Assembly (NCBI GenBank): GCA_963555755.3
Contig: OY820905.2
Location: 896,001 to 960,000, forward strand
Source: Nitrospirales bacterium
GTDB taxonomy: Bacteria > Nitrospirota > Nitrospiria > Nitrospirales > UBA8639
DNA: 64,000 nt
Direction: 5' to 3'
Part shown: positions 59,668 to 64,000 of the stretch, one piece after another
Numbering within the stretch: position 1 is the stretch's first letter
Layout of the letters: each line of letters starts with the position of its first letter
Program-made: the position numbers and the translations under genes
Notes under the pieces: model-generated
What the model saw: the letters and a program-made list of their open reading frames with translations, nothing else
Database searches by the model: none
Told to the model about the DNA's origin: nothing

Positions 59668-62600
59668 TCAATCTTTGATTTCCACCTCCCCCAGTACTTC
59701 CTGGAGCACAAGGACAAGATCATGACGGAGAATCGGTTTCATCAGAAATTTTCGAATCCCCAACTCCCGGGCTTTCTCCTCCGTCATCGTTTGGCTAAAG
59801 CCCGTACAGAGAACAATGGGGATGTCTGGCCGAATCCGCAGGATTTCACGAGCAAGGGCTTCGCCAGACAGGTTGGGCATGGTCTGATCGGTAATCACGA
59901 CGTCATAGCGGCTGGGGGCCGCCCGAAACGCCTCTAGGGCCTCCAGACTGCTGGTGCGCGTCGTCACCTCGTAGCCCAACTCTTCTAACACCTCCTTCCC
60001 CAATGCCACGAGCGGGGCTTCGTCATCCACCAACAACACTCGCCCCTGCCCCGGATGGAGTGACGCGGCCGAAGGGAGTTCTGCCTCGGCCTCAACGGTA
60101 TCAGTATCAGTATCAGTATCATCAGTATCAGTAGAAGCGGCAGCAAGCAGGGGAAAAACAATCGACACGGTGGTCCCCTCTCCCGGAGTGCTCGTCACGG
60201 TAATGGTGCCCTGATGATCGGCAATGATCCCGTGAACGACCGCAAGCCCCATCCCCGTCCCTTCCCCGGGCTTCTTCGTGGTGAAGAACGGGTCAAAGAT
60301 CCGGTCCAGAACTTCGGGGGCCATGCCGTGGCCCGTATCCTGCACGGTTAGGAGGAGATGCGGTCCGGGGATGAGTTCCAGGTGTGGCATCAGCCCGTCA
60401 GCCGCAACCTCCTCCACTGTCTCCAGCCGGAGGGACAAAACCCCGCCCCGGTCGCGCATCGCATATTCTGCATTGGTACAGAGGTTCATGAGCACTTGGT
60501 GTATTTGGGTGGCATCGGCCTGCACCAGATCCGAGGACGCAGACAGTTGCACCTGGATTTTAATGGTGCTCGGGAGCGTGGCCCGGATGAGCATGAGGAC
60601 TTCCTGGATTACCGGTTGAACATGTAACGGCTTTTTCTGGCCCTCCGTTTGGCGACTGAAGGTCAGAATCTGTTGCACCAACTCCTTGGCGCGTGACCCA
60701 GCCTTGAGCACTTCGGTTAAATACCTCTGCACGGTCTTCTCATAGGGAACCTTGTTGAGGATCAGTTCGGTGTACCCCATGAGGGCCGCCAGGATGTTGT
60801 TAAAGTCGTGCGCAATCCCCCCCGCAAGGGTGCCGAGGGCATTCATCTTCTGCGAGTGCCGTAGCTGCACCTCGGCGTGCCGTACCTGTTCCTCAGCCTG
60901 CCGGCGTTGGGTCACATCCGAATTCGACCCGAACATCCGGGTGGGTCGGCCCTGTTCGTCCCGGATACAAGCCCCCCGCGTAAGAATCCACACATAGCTT
61001 CCATCCTTATGCCGAAGGCGATACTCCAACTCATAGGGCCGAATCCAGCCAAAATGATCTTTGAGCGAGGCCATAACCCGGTCATAGTCCTCCGGATGAA
61101 TCCGGCTCGTCCATTCCTCATAGACATTCTGCACTTCATGGTCTTCATAGCCTAGCTGCTTTTTCCACCCGGGCGAATAATACACCCTCTCGGTGGCAAC
61201 CTCCCAGTCCCAGATGCCGTCGTTGATGGCACCCATGACCATGGCATAGCGTTCCTCACTAGCCTTCAGGTCTGCTTCCGCCTGCTTGCGCTCGGTGATG
61301 TCACGGATAATGCCACTATAAAATGTTTCCCCACTGCTGACCCACATTGCCAGAGTCAATTCGACGGGAAACTCCTCGCCATCTTTTCTAAGTCCATGTA
61401 AATCAATCGCTTGCCCCATGATCCGAGATTGGCCGGTCTTCCTCATTCGCTCAACCCCTGCACAATGGTCTTCGTGATAGCGTTCCGGCATCAAATGGGT
61501 AAGTGGCTGACCCAACACTTCTTCTTCACCATAGCCAAAGATCGTTTGCGCTCCTTTGTTCCAAAACACAATGTTTCCACTGCTGTCTGCTGAGACAATT
61601 GCATCGGAAGCAGACTGCGCTACGGCACGGAACCTCCTTTCTGATTCACCTAAAGCTTCTTCCGCCTGTTTGCGCTCGAGTTCGGCTCCGGCTCGGGCTG
61701 CAAAAATTCTTAGCAGGGACTCCGTTTGCGCATCAAACGTGACCGATTGTTGGCTCATTACGACTAAGTGACCAATGACCTTGCCCGAGGAGTCCTGAAG
61801 GGGAAGCCCGAGGTAACTCTGGACGCCTAGGTCAACAAGATCCGTATCTCGAGGAAAAAGACGCTGAATATCTTGGGGGTGGTAACAGACCTTCCCTGCG
61901 ATCACCTCTTCGCACGGGGTTCCCTCTAAGGCATACTCGACATTCTCAATAAACGTATCCTTGTTCAGAAACGCTAGGGTTCGGACTCTTGTATGTTTCG
62001 CATCCACACACTCAGCGATGAAGGCATAGGGAGCGTCGAGGGCCACTGTCAGATGCCGAAGGAGTGAGTGGAAAAAGTCAGCGCTGGTCACGGCTGCTGT
62101 CCCTTCGACAATAGCGCGAAGGGTGTCCTCCGCCTGTTTGCGTGCGGTGATATCCGTAGCCACACCCAGCACCTGATCGACCACTCCCTCATCGTTAAAC
62201 AGAGGGCGCTTGACCGTCTGTAGCCAATGGATTTGCCCGGCTGCATCCGTGATGGTTTCTTCAGCAAAGAATCGTTCTTGTTTTGAATCCATGACCTCGA
62301 GGTCTATCCGATGAAAGGCCTCCACCTCCACGACCTTGGAACTGAAATCCGATTCGGTTTTGCCAAGAAGGTCTTCTACAGTCGTCCCGTAGACATCGGC
62401 CACCGCTTGGTTGACCAACGTAAAACGTCCTTCTCGATTCTTGGCAAACACGAAGTTGGGGTTGATGTCAATGACTTGCCGTAAAAAACTCCTTTGTCGT
62501 TTGAGTTCCTTTTCCGCCCCTTGCCGTTCAATCTCCCCTTCCATCCAACGCGCAATCAGTTGTAGGAAAATCCTTGGCCCCTTCAGTAAACGTCCCTCGA

Positions 62601-64000
62601 TAGGGCTCAGGACCGGCAAAACAGAGTGTTCCATATTTCTCTCCGCCGACTACGATTTTGGTTCCTAGATATGCCTCCAGACCAGTAGTGGCACATCCCC
62701 GATGAGCGGCCCAGTCCGATGTGCTCGCGTGGCCAAAACAGATCGGTTCCTCCGCCTCCAAGGCAGCACTGCAGTACAATTCACACATAGCTATTCGACT
62801 ACCTTCGCTCACGAAATCTTCAACCATTTCCCCGGTTCGGATGAACATCATTTTGCAATGATCACCTTCACGGCGTGCGACCACCCCAATGGGAAGGTTA
62901 AACCGTTTGCATCCCAGTTCCAGTAGGGTATGAACCCGACTCTCAAAGGATATTTCTGGCGCTGAGGTGATTTCATAGAGCTCTCGAATGGCTTGTTCAC
63001 TTATCCAAAGGGCTTCCTCTATTCGTTTTCGCTCAATGGCCAAGGCCAACACGTTGGCCACGCCTTGCACAAAGTGGACGTCATCACTGGTGAATGTCCG
63101 CAGCTGTGTGGAGTGGACCTCCAAGACACCGTAGTGGTGTGGCTTTCCAGAGATAATCACACTCATTCCACTGATGACTCCCAGTTGATGGAGTAATGGA
63201 GGGCCGCTGAATCGTGTTTCAGTGCGTAGATCTTCCACAACCACGGGTTCATCGGACACCAAGGTATAGCCGGCCTGTGAATCTAACCCAGCCCCCACCG
63301 TGATATGGTTCACCGCATCGGCGGGACAGCCGAAAACAGCGCGAAGAATCATTTCTTTACCATCTGGTAACAGCTCAAGGACTTTACAGTACTCAACCTC
63401 TAACGTTTGCGCGATGAGGGAGACGGCATTGTGCATCAGGGTAGGTAGGTCGATCCCGGTTAAAGCTGATTGCCCTAACTCCGCTACTAACGCTTGTTGA
63501 TGTGCACCGGCCTGAAGCGCTTCCTCTGACCGCCTCCGTTCAATGGCAATCCCGGCCAGATACGTCGACACCCTCACAAGTTCCTGTTCTTTCGGATTGG
63601 GGTATCGCGGTTGGGTGTAATACATGGCAAAGGTGCCCAATACGAAACCTTCTGAAGAGCGAATTGGAGTTGACCAACAAGCTCGTAACCCATGAGTGAG
63701 GGCTAAATCCTTGTATGGTTCCCAAAGTGGGTCAGTTGCGATATCAGAGACGACGACCTGCTCCTTCCGACAGGCGGCTGTTCCACAGGAACCCACGGCG
63801 GGTCCAATCGTTATACCATCTATAGCCTGATTATAGGCATCGGGTAGGCTAGGTGCTGCCCCATGCCGAAGCTTGTCACCCTCAAGTAGCAGGATTGAAC
63901 AGACCATGCCCGCGGATTGGGCCTCAACTATCTGGCACAAGGAGTTGAGTATGTCAGAAAGGGGAATGCCTAAAGCGATTTGTTCAAGGATAGACTTCTG
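59668..64000 (-). pseudogene. large multi-GAF/PAS hybrid histidine kinase-receiver split by a 1-nt frameshift at ~62567-62570 (5' end outside window)
   Basis: GAF/PAS repeats, GIAHDFNN, NLCTNA, GTGMGL, receiver TDQTMP; removing one T joins FTEGAKD-FLQLIARW. Confidence 0.85.
60098..60132. repeat. (GTATCA)n microsatellite encoding a TDTD linker
   Basis: gtatcagtatcagtatcagtatcatcagtatcagta. Confidence 0.8.

Overview
Chromosomal window from a ~50% GC bacterium; gene content and repeat style suggest Nitrospirales, which is an inference. Housekeeping and metabolic genes include a class I DAHP synthase, cobQ, ggt, rmlACDB, pncB, rlpA, nfeD-floA, an RpoD-like sigma factor, a DEAD-box helicase and flgM with a PilZ gene. 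Accessory content includes a sigma54-activated redox/detoxification-like operon, a PEP-CTERM gene, five TA-like modules, a complete IS1380, and a complete DUF4338-ISAs1 element with an A_AAA_AAG -1 frameshift site. There is also a low-GC island remnant with two degenerate attC sites next to a tRNA-Arg(CCT) fragment. The most striking non-coding signal is over 25 copies of 120-370 bp mostly palindromic miniature elements in about 9 families. Several families share one conserved central hairpin core but carry unrelated terminal inverted arms. They nest inside one another up to three levels deep and often sit at stop codons. In two places a TA module lies between an intact gene and a diverged copy of that gene's 3' end. 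No CRISPR array, rRNA or intact tRNA was seen.
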